Shown: in pieces, positions 39,196 to 52,399 of the stretch | Position numbering within the stretch: the stretch's first letter is position 1 | Layout of the letters: each line of letters starts with the position of its first letter | Notes under the pieces: generated by a model | Told to the model about the DNA's origin: nothing | Databases searched by the model: none | Seen by the model: only the letters and a program-made list of their open reading frames with translations | Made by a program: the position numbers and the translations under genes | Assembly: GCA_050084515.1 (NCBI GenBank) | Contig: CM114271.1 | Span: 41,044,001-41,108,000, forward strand | DNA: 64,000 nt | DNA from: Blasia pusilla | Taxonomy: Eukaryota | Reading direction: 5' to 3'

Positions 39196-40529
39196 TCTGA
39201 TTTATGAACAATCAATCAATCAGAGTAGGCAGAAAATCCTGCCAGATAGAAGCTCGAGGATACCAACGACCCGCGAATGACTACATGCACATCATCCCTA
39301 GCTCGGCGAGCCGTCAACACCTCGCCGAACAAATCACAACTCCCGTGTCAGCTGCCGATCAGCCTTTCTCCGCGAGAGCGCTTCGGAAGGGTATATCACG
39401 ACGACCTACGAGGGACGAGCACACAAAGGTGCGGCTGAGTGAGCGTCAACGCACTGGTTGTGCCCTTACAGGTTGACTCGTACCGGCATTGTCAAGCACC
39501 GAATACTTATAAACCCGTGCATTCAGAGCTTCGAAAATTCGATCCTGTCATCCGCATTTCCAACAGGATGCGAGACCTCTCCCCAAACCATCGGAGCAGA
39601 CGTAGTAGTGCTCCGCTCAGCACAAACACCCTGCCCGTTCAATCTATCTCTTAGTCCGAGCGCACGCGATCGAAGTGGGAATCGTATATCGCAGTCTTAA
39701 GCTACAAAGACGATCCGGCATGATCTCGCTCTCTCCACTTTGCCTCTATCTTAGCGGGGAGGCGCTCTGTGATCTATGATCTGGGAGGGCCGAGACTCTC
39801 CCAAGGACGGAAGGCGAGGAGTGCCTCACTGGACGCAGGAAACCGTATGAAAGGATGGATGGACGGACACTAGCCAGGTGCCGGTGACTGTGCATGGGCG
39901 GGCCCGTCGGTCTATCCGTCCGACACTCGATCACCTCGCCGCGTCGCCGTCAAACCTGACCCGGCGCTCCTCCCTTGGACCGATGGTCCGCCTTTTCTGC
40001 ACCTGAACACACCGGCTCTGCGCTTAGCGCCCGACATAGCGAACCCGGCGCCGGTCCTAGAACTCACCGGGATCTCTCTCCACTACGGGTTGGCGCGATC
40101 GCATGACGAGACCCTTTACTGGTCGTGAATTGAGAACGGCTAGAGGATGCGGAAAGTTTGAAACTCTGTCGGTACGCGGAACGAAACGAGATCCATCCGT
40201 TGATTCCGTTCGGGGCCGTAGGAGCGGAGCGGAGCGGGGCAGGGCAGGCTGGACTGACGTACGCGCGCGGCTGGCTCTTACAGCGAGGATTTTTTCCACG
40301 GCGGAGGCCAAGCGGGAAAGCGAATGAGTATCAACAGTGGACTACACTCCCCACTGCTAAGCACGCAATTAAAACCTGATTAACGGTATCTAAATCTACG
40401 AGGCGCATACGTTCGTTAGGATTGTCGCCATCCTTTGGACCCACCAATAATTGGACTGATTAGTGACTGAGTTAACATAGCGATCTACAGTACTAGACTA
40501 AACGGGCGATTTTTTCTTCCTTTCTTCAT

Positions 40530-41160
40530 TATTCAGTTAATAAAGAATCATGGATTGAACGGGGGGTGAATAACGAGCATTTCTGTCGAGTTGATTCTTG
40601 TGGGAGGACCACCCAGCCCTTGTACTTATTGGCGCATACGTTGATTCTTTTTTTACTAGATTTATGTGCCGAGAGAATACTTTCGTTTTCGTACTACCCA
40701 CCGATCAGTTGAGTTCATATTACGTGTGCCATACATTTTTAATACACGACCAAATCTTTTATGCGCTTGTATTTATAATACGTACATTTACGTTAAATAT
40801 TTGTTAAATAAGTAGCGATTGATAACGAGGTTTTGGGAGTCGATTCTTATGCGAGGATTAGATCTCTCGTTTGCAGGTTAACACACTGATTTCTCCGTTT
40901 TATTTAGTTAATAATGGGCGGTTAAATGTGGTAGATGACGAGTTTTTCTTTTATCGTTGATTCTTTTTCGAGGACAAGATGCAAAAGTTAAGTTTTCTCC
41001 TTTTCATTTGGTTAATAACGAGCGATTGAGTGGAGTTAATGACCAGCATTTTTCGTTTTTCGGGGCTTGATTCTTACACGAGGACAACACTTACGCGCTG
41101 TTTTTTGTTTTTTCATTTTGCTTTCTTAATAACGATTCATTAAATGAGCTTAATTAATGA
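40530..41160. repeat. Degenerate tandem array (~5 units of ~100-115 bp) upstream of the RLK
   Basis: Recurrent ttaataa...gattga...acgag...ttgattctt...gaggac blocks near 40535, 40800, 40905, 41010 and 41125. Confidence 0.55.
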
Positions 41161-41687
41161 TCTTTTTGTCCACTCTCGAAAGAGTACGACTTTACCTATG
41201 GTGCATTGGTGCTGCTATTGTACTTTGTGTGGACGGATTCAGATGAAAAACAATCATCTATTATACTTTCATGTTTATTACTATACTTTTGTTGTATACT
41301 CATGGAGTGAGATTGTGGACAGTAACGAAGAGTAATGAATGTTTCCTGTGATACATTAACAAAATCTGGACGGGTCCAGACACCACATAATTATTTTTAA
41401 CAAAAAATGCCAACTGAAAATTTCTATTTCAAATATACATATTGATTGGAAGAGTTTCTTTTTACTGTTCTTCTATTTGACACATGTCATTATCCCTTGG
41501 ACAATATTTGTTGGGTCATATGAAAATTAGTAAGGAGAGTGACATTGAAAGATTAATTATTAATTACAAAATTATTTATATTAGTCATCAAAATGGAAAT
41601 TAATTTTCAAATGTCATTTTAAATGAACTCTGAACGATCCCATGGGCTTATGAAACAAAAACAAATTCTATTGGATGAGAATCCAAG

Positions 41688-41942
41688 CAAGGTTGCACGC
41701 AAACGAACATGTCCGTCCATGAGATGGACATATCCAACATGGAACCCGTTCGGCGGGCTCATGCCCGCAGTTGAGCCCACACAAGGCTTAAGTCTGCCTT
41801 GCAAATTGCGTGTGGGCTTCATGCGGGCTACAAAATAGATATGGGTTGGCCGAGCTTGGGTCTACGTTACGGGCTCGACAGCGGGCTCATGTGCGAGCCG
41901 TAGGTACCCGGGCCTGCACAAACATGTCTATGTGCAACCTTG
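41688..41942. mobile_element. hAT-type MITE
   Basis: Perfect 11-bp TIRs caaggttgcac / gtgcaaccttg; 8-bp flanks aatccaag / gtgccaag; GC-rich gcggg/gagccc subterminal repeats. Confidence 0.8.
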
Positions 41943-44900
41943 GTGCCAAGTGTCAAGAAGAGAGAAGTTTGCAAAAAGAAGGGGCACTCTCCAATAATAA
42001 TCTAGATTTCTATTAACAAATTTATTTTTTCCACCCTTGCATTTGAAAAGAAGGTTAGGGATGAGGGAGGGAGGGAGCAATTGTGAGAAGTAATAGGAAA
42101 TTAAAACAGATTTTCCGATACTCTAAAATTAAACTACCATTCCATGAAGTAATCCAAGCATAGCTCGACAATATCCCGAGTTCTTATAAAAGCACATATC
42201 TCTAATCTTACAAAACTTTGAAAAGGAATATCTTTGAAACTCTTTCCTTCCCCAAAGGCTTATAAAAAAAGTACTTGAATGTTGGTGCTATCCATTGGTC
42301 AATTCCTATTGAGTGATAAATTTATCATTTCAAATTTAGTAAGGAAATACTTTAATTGACCATTCTTGATGTCTTCTTGAAATACAATTCATGATGAAAA
42401 AAAAATGTGTTTTTAATTTTTCCATTTAATGGCATATGCGTTTTGTTTTAATAATATAGATAAAACTTCAGCAAGTGATGTAGGGCTTATTATTTATTCT
42501 AACTTGTCCCCTCTATTATGAATAAAAAATCATAATATTTATAAATTATATTCCAAAAAAGTTGTGTAAAGTTAATCCCAATATTTTGAAGTTTATCAAA
42601 TAATTTTAAATAATAGAACCTAGATACCATAATCTAAATTTTATTTTCCAAAAAATAATAATAAATTCTTCTGCTTTTCACAGATAATAGATAATGTGAT
42701 TCAACCCACCAAACTTTGAAAATGAATGAATTTCCACTCTTATCCATCATTAAAAAAATTTCTAAGAAAACTCTCCTTCTTCTCTTTCAATGGTAGTAGA
42801 TATCCAATGGGCCCGTAACTGATTGGAAAAAGATATTAGACATGAGAAAAAAATTCGTTTTGAGAAATGGAAAAACGGATGGAAAATCTCATATGGATTC
42901 TTTTATGGAACAAATTTTAGGAAAAAAAAATCCACATAACATAAAAATATATAAAAACTTAAGATGTAAGGAATTCAGGAGGAGAAACGATGAAATAAAC
43001 AAATCCACAAGTGGAAAATGAATAAAAAAGTTGGAAAAACTTTAACAATGGAGAAAACTTTGACGATGCAATTATGATTAAGAACTCTCCATTTTCACAA
43101 TATCGAATATTTTATGAAAATATAATTAGATATGAAGAGAAATTGAGCCTCTGAAAATCCAAACTCCAATGTGGACCGACAAGTATGAAGATAGGAGACA
43201 CGTATGAACAAAATAAAATTGATGACCAAAAGGTATTACGGAAATAGTATTCTAATTGTAGTAGGGACACGTGGATGAGCAAAGAATCACGTTCTCATCT
43301 CTTTTTGGGCTCACCGGCCGTTCTCCTTTCTTTCTCTCTCACCTGAATCCTGATGATTTCCTTACGATCAAAGGACCGGGTCTTTACTCTCCTTCCGTTT
43401 TGGGGGATTCTTTCTTTCCTTCTTTTCCCATCCAGGTATTTCACCGTTTGACCTAAGAATCTAGTTCTCTCCTTTTTTTTTCTTTCTTTCATTCTCCATG
43501 ATCTTAGGACCCAACCCCATGAGACACTATCCTTTTGAGAGCCTTAAAAACGTTCCTAAACTTCACAGCTAAACCAACGTTTTACCTGGATGCCACTTTC
43601 GGGTCTTTGAGTTTGGACCGCTCGATTCATTCCGATTGGGACTTCGGACATGAGAACGGATACTAAGAATATTTTTGACTTTTTTATTTTTTTCATTTCG
43701 TTTAGGGTTTTTCCATTAAAAAAATTCTCCTTGTGAGTTCCAACTCCCTCCACGGTTTTTTGCACGATTATCCTTCTTCTTTCTCGTTTCATTTCGGACG
43801 GTTCGTCGCGAGGATTTCGTTCCTCATCAGAATTTTTGAGGCCAGAAACCCTAACCCTTCATAGATGTTGAAGTCACATGTTTTATTTTTACCAATGTGT
43901 GAAACTCTGGTGGAATGGGAGGCGCGTTTGTTGCGGGTTCGAATCCTTTCAGAGGTGGCTTGTTTCGCACGAGCCCCTCTTCAAGGAACGAGAAGGAATA
44001 AGAGGAATAAAAATATATATATGTAGAAAAAGGATGGGAAACCGATCACGATACAAAAGAGGGGGCATGGAGACCCAAAAAATAGACCTCAAGAGGCCGG
44101 AACCGGCCCCGAGGAGAAAGAAGGGGGCCTCCCCCCTAACGACCAAAATCACCAACAGCAACACCCAGAGAACTATGACTACTACTAAGTGGGCCTCTAG
44201 CATTGGCGTCTCCAAGCGCCTGAGCCCGCCGCAGAAGCCCATTTGCCTGGGCGCGCTAACGCTGGACGAGAAGAAGCACTCCCAAGGTGACAAAAACTAG
44301 AAGAAGAAGGAAAAGAAGAAAGAAAACATGCAAACGGTCATGAAGCTCACCCACGAGAAGTCGTGGAAGGTGGTGCAAGTCCCACTTGACTACAACTCTT
44401 AATAATTATTATTTATAGTTGCAAAAGAAGCCGTCTTTCCTTCCTTTCCTACGTTTCGTTTCCTCTTTTCATGCACTGCCATGCTGCTATTTGACAAGCA
44501 TAGCACGGATGCCACGAAATTGGAACAAGGATTTGGAAGAAGATACGACGAGCATATTCATAAAGTTTGAAGTCGTTTCTTAACTTTTTTTCCGAGCTTT
44601 CTTTTTAATGAAAAAACATCGATATACTAGGGGAGGGAGCGACGGCCTCCTCTTTAGGTAGAAAAAGCCAAAAACAAGAATGTATGTAGCCCTCGCTTTT
44701 CAAGGACAAACTCGACTTTGGATAAGGTGACGAAGTAGTAAATATGAAAGCTCCAAAACGAGGGATATGCCCTTTGGATGGGTGGCCCCACAGTGTTGGA
44801 TTCACAACCCAGCTGACCCACTCCTATAATTTTTTATTACCACACGTAGCCCAAACCCATGGATTTTCCACTCTCTAGCCACTCACTCATGGCCTCATGC

Positions 44901-47199
44901 AAGAGCAGCAACCCCCGCCCCCTTCCCGAATCGCCACATGTTTTGTCACGTGCTAGAAATGATCTCATTCACGAGAACCTCCCCCAAAATCTCTGGCCCA
45001 AAAGACGCGTGCATGGAAAAGGGAGGCCCTCGTAGAATCGCTCCCATTCTGACTGAAAATATGCTATTACTCGCTCCTCTGCAAACCTATGCCGATCTTG
45101 AAAATTCATGAGCTTTTCCGTGAGCAACATACGTGCGAAAGGACCCCCAACAAAACGGGGCTTGCATATGGTGGGACTGGGGTTGCACGGAATATGTGCA
45201 CATCGCGCTCTTGGACTGCACCTTCTTCTTTTCTCTTTCCACTAGTAATTTTATGCATGTAATGCGCACTATGGAGGTGGGATGATTGGGAACTCACATA
45301 TGGGGATGATAACGCCAAATTAGAGAAAACAAAGATGACAAAGAATAAAGAATATCAATTCTTTTCTAATACACTTATCTTGGCTCGACAAATTTTTTCA
45401 TATGTTTTCTATTATTAAATTTGAAAAAAAACTTATTTTTTCCAATCCTAATATTTCAATAAAATAAATAAAATAACTTATTTTGATGAATGTTTTCTCA
45501 AAAGAGGGATTAAAATTTCCCCCATATAACTTGAAAATTAAAAATAATATAAAATTATTTGTTTTCCTTTATTTTCAAAAATAATTCTTATCCCATTGGT
45601 GTTCTATTGTACTTTTCATTTTTCTCCAAAATAAAAATTAATTTCCCCTCAAAAGTTAACTTTAAATTTCGTTTGCATGAACCTTGGAAAAAATAAAAAG
45701 GGTTTTAGAAGATCTCATGGGTAAAGATGCTTGAATTTGAATTGATTATAAATAATTAGTTATTACGAAAACCTTGCCCATTCTTTTTTTAGTATAGGAT
45801 AAAATTTAAAAACTCATGAATTCATGGACGAATTTGATAAAGGTCTTCAAATTTTAACAATTAGTAAATAAAATATATATTTCTAAAGTAATATGTAATT
45901 TCCTTAACAAAATTAACTTGAAATTTAAACAATTCGTTAGTTTCCTAAATTTTGAAATTTTAATTTCGAAAGTGAAAAAATTAACTGATAATGAAAAAGA
46001 GGAAAATTAATTTTGAGATTCGAAAGCGAAAATTTATAATCACTTAAAAACCTGTCTTTTATCCAAATCTTAACTTAGAATAAGGAAAATTAAATAATAA
46101 TTGAAAAGTTTCACACGTGGCGTTCACGGGGATGCATCTCACAGCCAAGCGTTGGCCCAAACTCTCACTATAATCCTTAAATGTGGGGTCTTCTGCCCCC
46201 ATTTAATGCAACACGAGGGACGACCAATATCATCCCTTGAGGACTATTATTATAATTTTTTATTGATACGATAGGGTGTCCTGTGGGCGCAAGAAAAATG
46301 ATGACGATGTTTCTCTCGGGGCTTCTGAACCTAGTAGGACTCATTAGTTGAAAATAAAGACTTTTAATGAAAGGCATTTCCCGTCATTTATTGATCTAGG
46401 AAAATTTATTGCATGAAGAGAGAATATTTATTGATTGAGGACTTTTCACAAATGGAATGCTCAGCAAGAGAAAATTAAATGAATTCTTTTTCCTTATTTT
46501 TTAGGTATACAACGTTACATGTGAGGATAAACGGCAGCATGTCATGAACGGCTCTCATTTTTTTTTTAAGATTTATAGGTACCTCTTTGCCATAATATGT
46601 GGACCTTTTCGCCTTGGCCCCGTTTATAGTAATATTTATAATCTCATATTCATAAGACAAACTAGGTGAAAATAATTCATTATTGAACTCTTACCAGTTG
46701 AGATTGCTGGTGTCGGTTGTAAATTTTTGGGAAAAGTTTTAATTTTCATAAAGAATAGGGTTTCTTATATAAGAGAGCGGGATGTTAATAAGGAATGTAA
46801 TGACTTCCACTAGATAATCAAAATATATTTGCCCTACAGAGTTTACCTAGTGTTATAAATTTGCAATAAGTTCTTGCATCTCATTCAAGAATTTAAGTAT
46901 TATCTTATTATTAGGACAAACGGGTGCAATGGTGATATTTAATTTTTTTATTAAGTCTTCTTAATTCAATCTCAAAGTGATATACGTCGACATCATAATA
47001 ATCTTTAGAGGACATGTGTCAACATTTGAGAGGTTTCTTTAAATCCCATCTTTTTTTAATTATATAGATGAGTAGCATATTTGTGGTATATTTAAATTCA
47101 TACATCTAAGGAAAACTTTAAGGGGCGAATGTCATATAAAAAATAAAGAATATCTTTAAAATTACCAAAAAAAATCCCTTCGTTCCTCCCTCTTTAAAT

Positions 47200-48100
47200 T
47201 TCACATTTGGAAAGCACAAGTGGAGAGATCCGATATGTTAGATTTTCCTGACATAGGGTTATCAAAATATGACAACCCAAGCATAACTTTGGATGCAAGT
47301 CCACCAACTGTTGGGGCAAGAAATTCAAAAAAATTGAAGAGAACCATAACTCTTTTATGCAACTATGCTCCATTTGAAATACAAAGTTGGTGCTCTCAAG
47401 AGTTTGCAAGTTTGCTCTATCTTTAAGTTTGATCCATTCCAGTATGCATTGTGTATGCACTCCGTAACCTTTGCAACTCTTCAGCTAAATGGAGAGGGAT
47501 GTTTTAGATAAGGATCTAGAGCATGTGGTTTATTCCCAAGGAATCTTGTTGAGGCTATACACATGTAGCTTTACGAGAGAGATTGGAGGTTAATTATATG
47601 GTTTGAGCAATAAATATCCTCAATCACTTTTATATGTCATACTATATGGGTGGTTTGAAAGATTGGGATATGAAAGACATAAAAATATTGGTTTCTTTTT
47701 ATGGAAAAGATTCTTTACGTAAAAGGTTCAAGAAGCCTTTATGGATGGTGCAATCATGAAGCATGTGTTCTTAGTCTTGAAGATCCGTGCAAAAAAAAAA
47801 ATTCATATATCCTTCGAGCATTTTTTGCCTACTATTTATTGTAGCCCTGATTTGAAGTTGAGGTATAGCAATTTGGTTATCTTAGTTAACATACCCAAAG
47901 TGAAATATGAGAATACATTGGTACAACCAGTATTTAGAATATGATTCAAAATAAGACTTGAGAATTTCTTGGGTTCCAGCCATTTGGATAACCTTATGAG
48001 AGTTAATGTCGAAGGTCCTTATAAGAAAAATGAGTGTGACGATGTTTTAATAGAAGCTATAGATATATGGAAGTAATGTAAGGAGTTCAAGTATTTTTAT
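47200..48100 (+). pseudogene. hAT transposase C-terminal (dimerisation-domain) relic
   Basis: LKLRYSNLVILVNI followed (after a frameshift) by ...RLENFLGSSHLDNLMRVNVEGP resembles the ZNF862-type hAT C-terminus (YPNL..L..I ... LRNRL....L..LMRI..EGP). Multiple stops; the 5' boundary is approximate. Confidence 0.55.
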
Positions 48101-50779
48101 GCTAACCAATAATTATACACATCTCTTCTTCAAATGATATAATAAGGCCATTTGAAGGTAACAATGTAACATCATAAAATACATCCTAAAATGAGTCTCC
48201 TTTTTAGACTATTTTTTGCTAGGCCTTTGTGATTATTTTAGGTTTTTTTTTAATCAAATATAACCTTTTGTATGATGGCACTCATTGCAATGCCTTTACT
48301 ATCATAGCTTATCATCACCTTTAACCCCAAAAGGCATGGTTTCTATGTTCAAATCTTGCCACATGTCAAGCGAAAAAATCTCAAAAGAACAAGAAACATG
48401 GAATTCACGTCATAGCCAAAAATGAAATGGAGAATTTCCTTGATCCCTAAAATAATAAGAAAGGAAATAAATTGGCGATAACATAACTAAATTATCAAAC
48501 AAAACCCAACCAACAATTTGAAATGTAATAAATATCCAAATGAAGGACATAGGAAATTTATCCAAAAATTATGGCATGGGAAATTCCCAATAAAGAAAAA
48601 GAAGTAAACCTAAAAGAGTATTTGAGCCTTAACTTACAACTAGCAAAAAGCTATATGGACTTCTTCAAACAAAAAATGCTTCATCTATTCAGGTAGGTAT
48701 GTACCTATCATTCCCATGAAGGAGGCTCTTGCTTAATAATATAAATGTAGGTGAGTTATTAACTTATTAAGGCCTTCAAAATGATGCCAAGAAAAAGAAA
48801 ACTATTAGATTTCCATCACCAAAATAACCAAACCCTTTCTTTGAAAGTTGTTTTTGTGCAATTTCCATTGCTAAAATTACTCACCAAAATATCTTTTATA
48901 AATATTTAATAGAAAAATTATCTTCTCAGGATTTCTCTTCTAAATCTTTTCTAGTCATGTTTCCATCATCATTTATTCATCAAAATACACCTCAAGAGCT
49001 ATCCCTATCATATTTCCACTACAAGAATTAGTTATCATAAACTTCCCTACAAAATTTTATATTTTGTTTTGGAAATATTTTATTCGTCAATTTATGTTCT
49101 TGTAATATCTTTTTGGGTGATCTCTTTTCATACCTTTCCTTCCAAGATTTTCATTATCCCCTTTAGTTGTTAAGTTTTCCATTTTCCTTTCTTTGTTATC
49201 ATGATTTTTGTTTGTTTTGGCTTCTACAACCATGAATTATCTCAATCCTTTTTTTTTTGCTACTCAAGTATTTCTATATGTTTTCCATCAATGGATTTTT
49301 TTGTTATCATTCGAATACAAAATAATAATTTAACTATTGCAAAAGCAAGGCATGTTGCATGGCACATGCTGTGCTTTTTTATTTTTTTATAAATATAATA
49401 AAAAATTAATTAATTGATATTAAACATAGTTAAGAAAAATCTCATTACTCTTTTTTTTTAAGAGGGAAAGGAATCCAAAAAATTTAAGTCTTACTAGATG
49501 GCACCATCCACGTTCCTTTAATTTTCTTAAAAATGAAAAGAATATCTCGGTACCAATCAATATGCTAGATGTGTAACGTGTGCTAGTACTATATCATATA
49601 TGTTACATAATTACATGTGTGATACTTATAAGGTCCATCTCATGAGTGTATCTAAAAAATTATTGTCAAAACATAAACTCTTTCCTTAATTTATGCTTGT
49701 CCCATGATTCATGTTCTTTTCCCTTCATAATTCCCGAAGTTCCCCTCATTTTATTGGTGCAAGTAATTTCACGCATGTCCAATGCATATATTGGCAGTAG
49801 GAGCTCCCTAGAGAGGCTCTGTTTGTCTTCATCCCTCTTGTCTTTATCCATATGTCCCTTCCCTAGCCACGACTTTCCTTGTCCGGAATAGAAAAAATTG
49901 GAGGAAGATCCTTCCACTCCTCCTCCCCTATCTAATAACCCTTGCTTTATTTAAAGTTATTCCATGTATCTCCTCGTCTTCCATTAAAATTGAACATAGA
50001 AAATCTTGTGAATTCCTTCCTGGTATAAGTTTATCCCTTTCTCTCTTCACTGCCCCTATTGAAAATAAAGTCACTCATATTTCCCCTCTTCGTTGGAAAT
50101 AAAACCCTTTTGAAAAAAATGCTTTATAGAGCTCTCTTTTGCTAAAGACTATTTTTTCTCTCTTCTCATCCATTAATAAACACACTATTAATTATTCAAG
50201 ATCACCTAAACTACATCCAAATCTTGGACCGCCTACATTTCTTTAACTTAAGCCGAGAAAACTAAAACCTTTGAGAGGGATTTTTTATCCACTTTATTTG
50301 TGCTCCCTTGGCAAGGAATCAAGAGTAGAGGGGTTATAACAAGTACTCCAAGGATTTTGATCTAGATTATGTGTCTGGATCTACATCTACCTCTATCAAT
50401 AGGGATTAAATACTCCTTGATTCCCACTTTCAAGGAGGAACTTTTAATACCTACCACTCTCTTTATGTAGGAACAAGAGTAAGAGCCGTATGGTTCTAGG
50501 TCTAGGTAGCTAGTATGGGATATATTCCAATGATTAGTAGTTGTATGGCATTGAGAATAGGCACTCATCAATCATTCACCTACTTTGTAGATATATGTGA
50601 AGTTTCAAAATGATTGTTAATGCCCAAATCCATTTTGTACGTTGGTGATGAGGTACCGGTTGTATTAGGATTTAAAATTGTTGTGGAGGTTATTGTTTGT
50701 TCTTGGTTTTTTGAAGTGTTTTTCAATGGAAAATAAGCCACGCATGCATAGATCTTATCTCACATATCTTTTTTCCATA

Positions 50780-51365
50780 CACTACACGCATTGATTTAAC
50801 AAGTATGACTCCCTACGTGGTAAATTACTGTGCGAGTGTAGTAATAGCAAAGTGTTACCACTCGTGAGCATGGATATAGTAACCATGTATAGGAGTGGTA
50901 AATTTCAAAAGCTATCCTAAAAGAGGGATCAATTATCCCTCATATGGGTTGATCACATTAACAAAACTATCCCCAAACATGAGTGTATTACCACATATGG
51001 AAGGGGATGGAATGATTTTATCATTATTATGTAGGGGTTTTGTTACCACACTTTGAAAGTGGTAAGCATTTGATGCTACCTTGCAAAGTGGTAAATTACT
51101 AATCCTCAATCTAGAAGGGTTTTGATAAAATATATTACTTTCTAGTATGGGCATTGAGCCTCCCTTGGAGGTGGATAAAGTTCTTACCACAAAAATAGTG
51201 AGGGATTTTGTTACTAACTATGGTACCATGAAGGATGATAACCACTATAGTACTACTTTATGAATTGGGTAACTTATCAACCTTCAAAAAATGGGTCAAT
51301 CAAATATCCTCTCCAACAAGGTCTTAAACCATCCTTATAAATGCAATAAGTATTTTACCACCTCC
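50780..51365 (+). mobile_element. Possible CACTA (En/Spm) terminus with subterminal repeats
   Basis: cactacacgc at 50780 is followed by about nine copies of gtggtaa/ttaccac in both orientations (near 50817, 50855, 50895, 50988, 51044, 51059, 51088, 51185, 51356). The other end was not identified. Confidence 0.45.
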
Positions 51366-51407
51366 CATCATCCCACAAGGGATACAATTCTAAACATTAC
51401 TAGAAAG

Positions 51408-51725
51408 CATGGTTGCACGAAAACGGACAAGTCCTTCCTTAGGACGGACATGGACTAACAAGCCTGGACACGAGTTCCAACAAGTAGGACCCACACTTTT
51501 AGTCCATGATGGAAGGCGAGGCAAGGATGAGAGGAGCAACGAGGGATGAGGGAGTGGAGGTGGAGGGAGGAAGAAATTGGGGAGTATGGAACATGAAGGC
51601 AAGTAAGGGGAATGAGAAAGAATGGAAAGGTGGGGCCCATATGGACAAGTCCTTCCATATGACGAACATAAGTCCATGGACATGGATATGTCCACGGACA
51701 GGGACTTTGTCCACATGCAATCTTG
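51408..51725. mobile_element. hAT-type MITE
   Basis: Ends catggttgcac...atgcaatcttg; 8-bp TSD ctagaaag / ctagagag (7/8); repeated catggac/ggacaagtcc subterminal motifs. Confidence 0.82.
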
Positions 51726-52399
51726 CTAGAGAGCGGTACAATAAAAAAATTACCTCAAAAGAGATGTAATTCACCACCTAAGTACATTGAGTGATTGTCT
51801 TAAATTTGGAGGTCATGCTATTTTGCAAATAGACGTCGCTCCCAACATACATCAACTTTCATGCACACAATTCTAAGATCCATCTAACCATGAATCCTAA
51901 TATATCTTCAAATGAACGACTGTACAACCCTAATATGAAATATGACATTGATGAAATCTGCAAAAAGCTATATCTCATCTAGACATCCACTCAATGATAC
52001 ACACTATAGGAGTGCGTAGTAAGAGATAGTCTCTAAAAAACTCTCAATATGTGTCATCTTCAATCAATCCCAACCCACTCGTCAAAAGAGAATCCATGCT
52101 TAATTAATAGATGCAAGCGACACCATATTACAGATCCCAATATGGGTCTTATATAAGGAAGATAAGCTCTAAAAAAGCTTCATCTGAGGTGTATTCCCTT
52201 GGACACCTCTATGGATGACCTGTATACATAGGTAATCTCCTCTCAAAAGATCACCAACAACTTGGAGAACACAAGGTTCTAACTCCCTAACAACTATATA
52301 TATGGTCCTCTCATAAGACCAACTACTACTCAAATCCTAACTAACCCCATGGTCCTAAATATCAAAGGGTATGCTATGACTATTAAGGGGGTATGGACT

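Noticed and set aside
38315-39280. Plus-strand ORFs of 164 and 117 aa
   Set aside because: Antisense shadows of the RLK first exon.
43800-44650. GC-richer island with 140-aa and 114-aa ORFs
   Set aside because: No recognisable family or consistent splice structure; it may be a decayed gene or TE but is unsupported.
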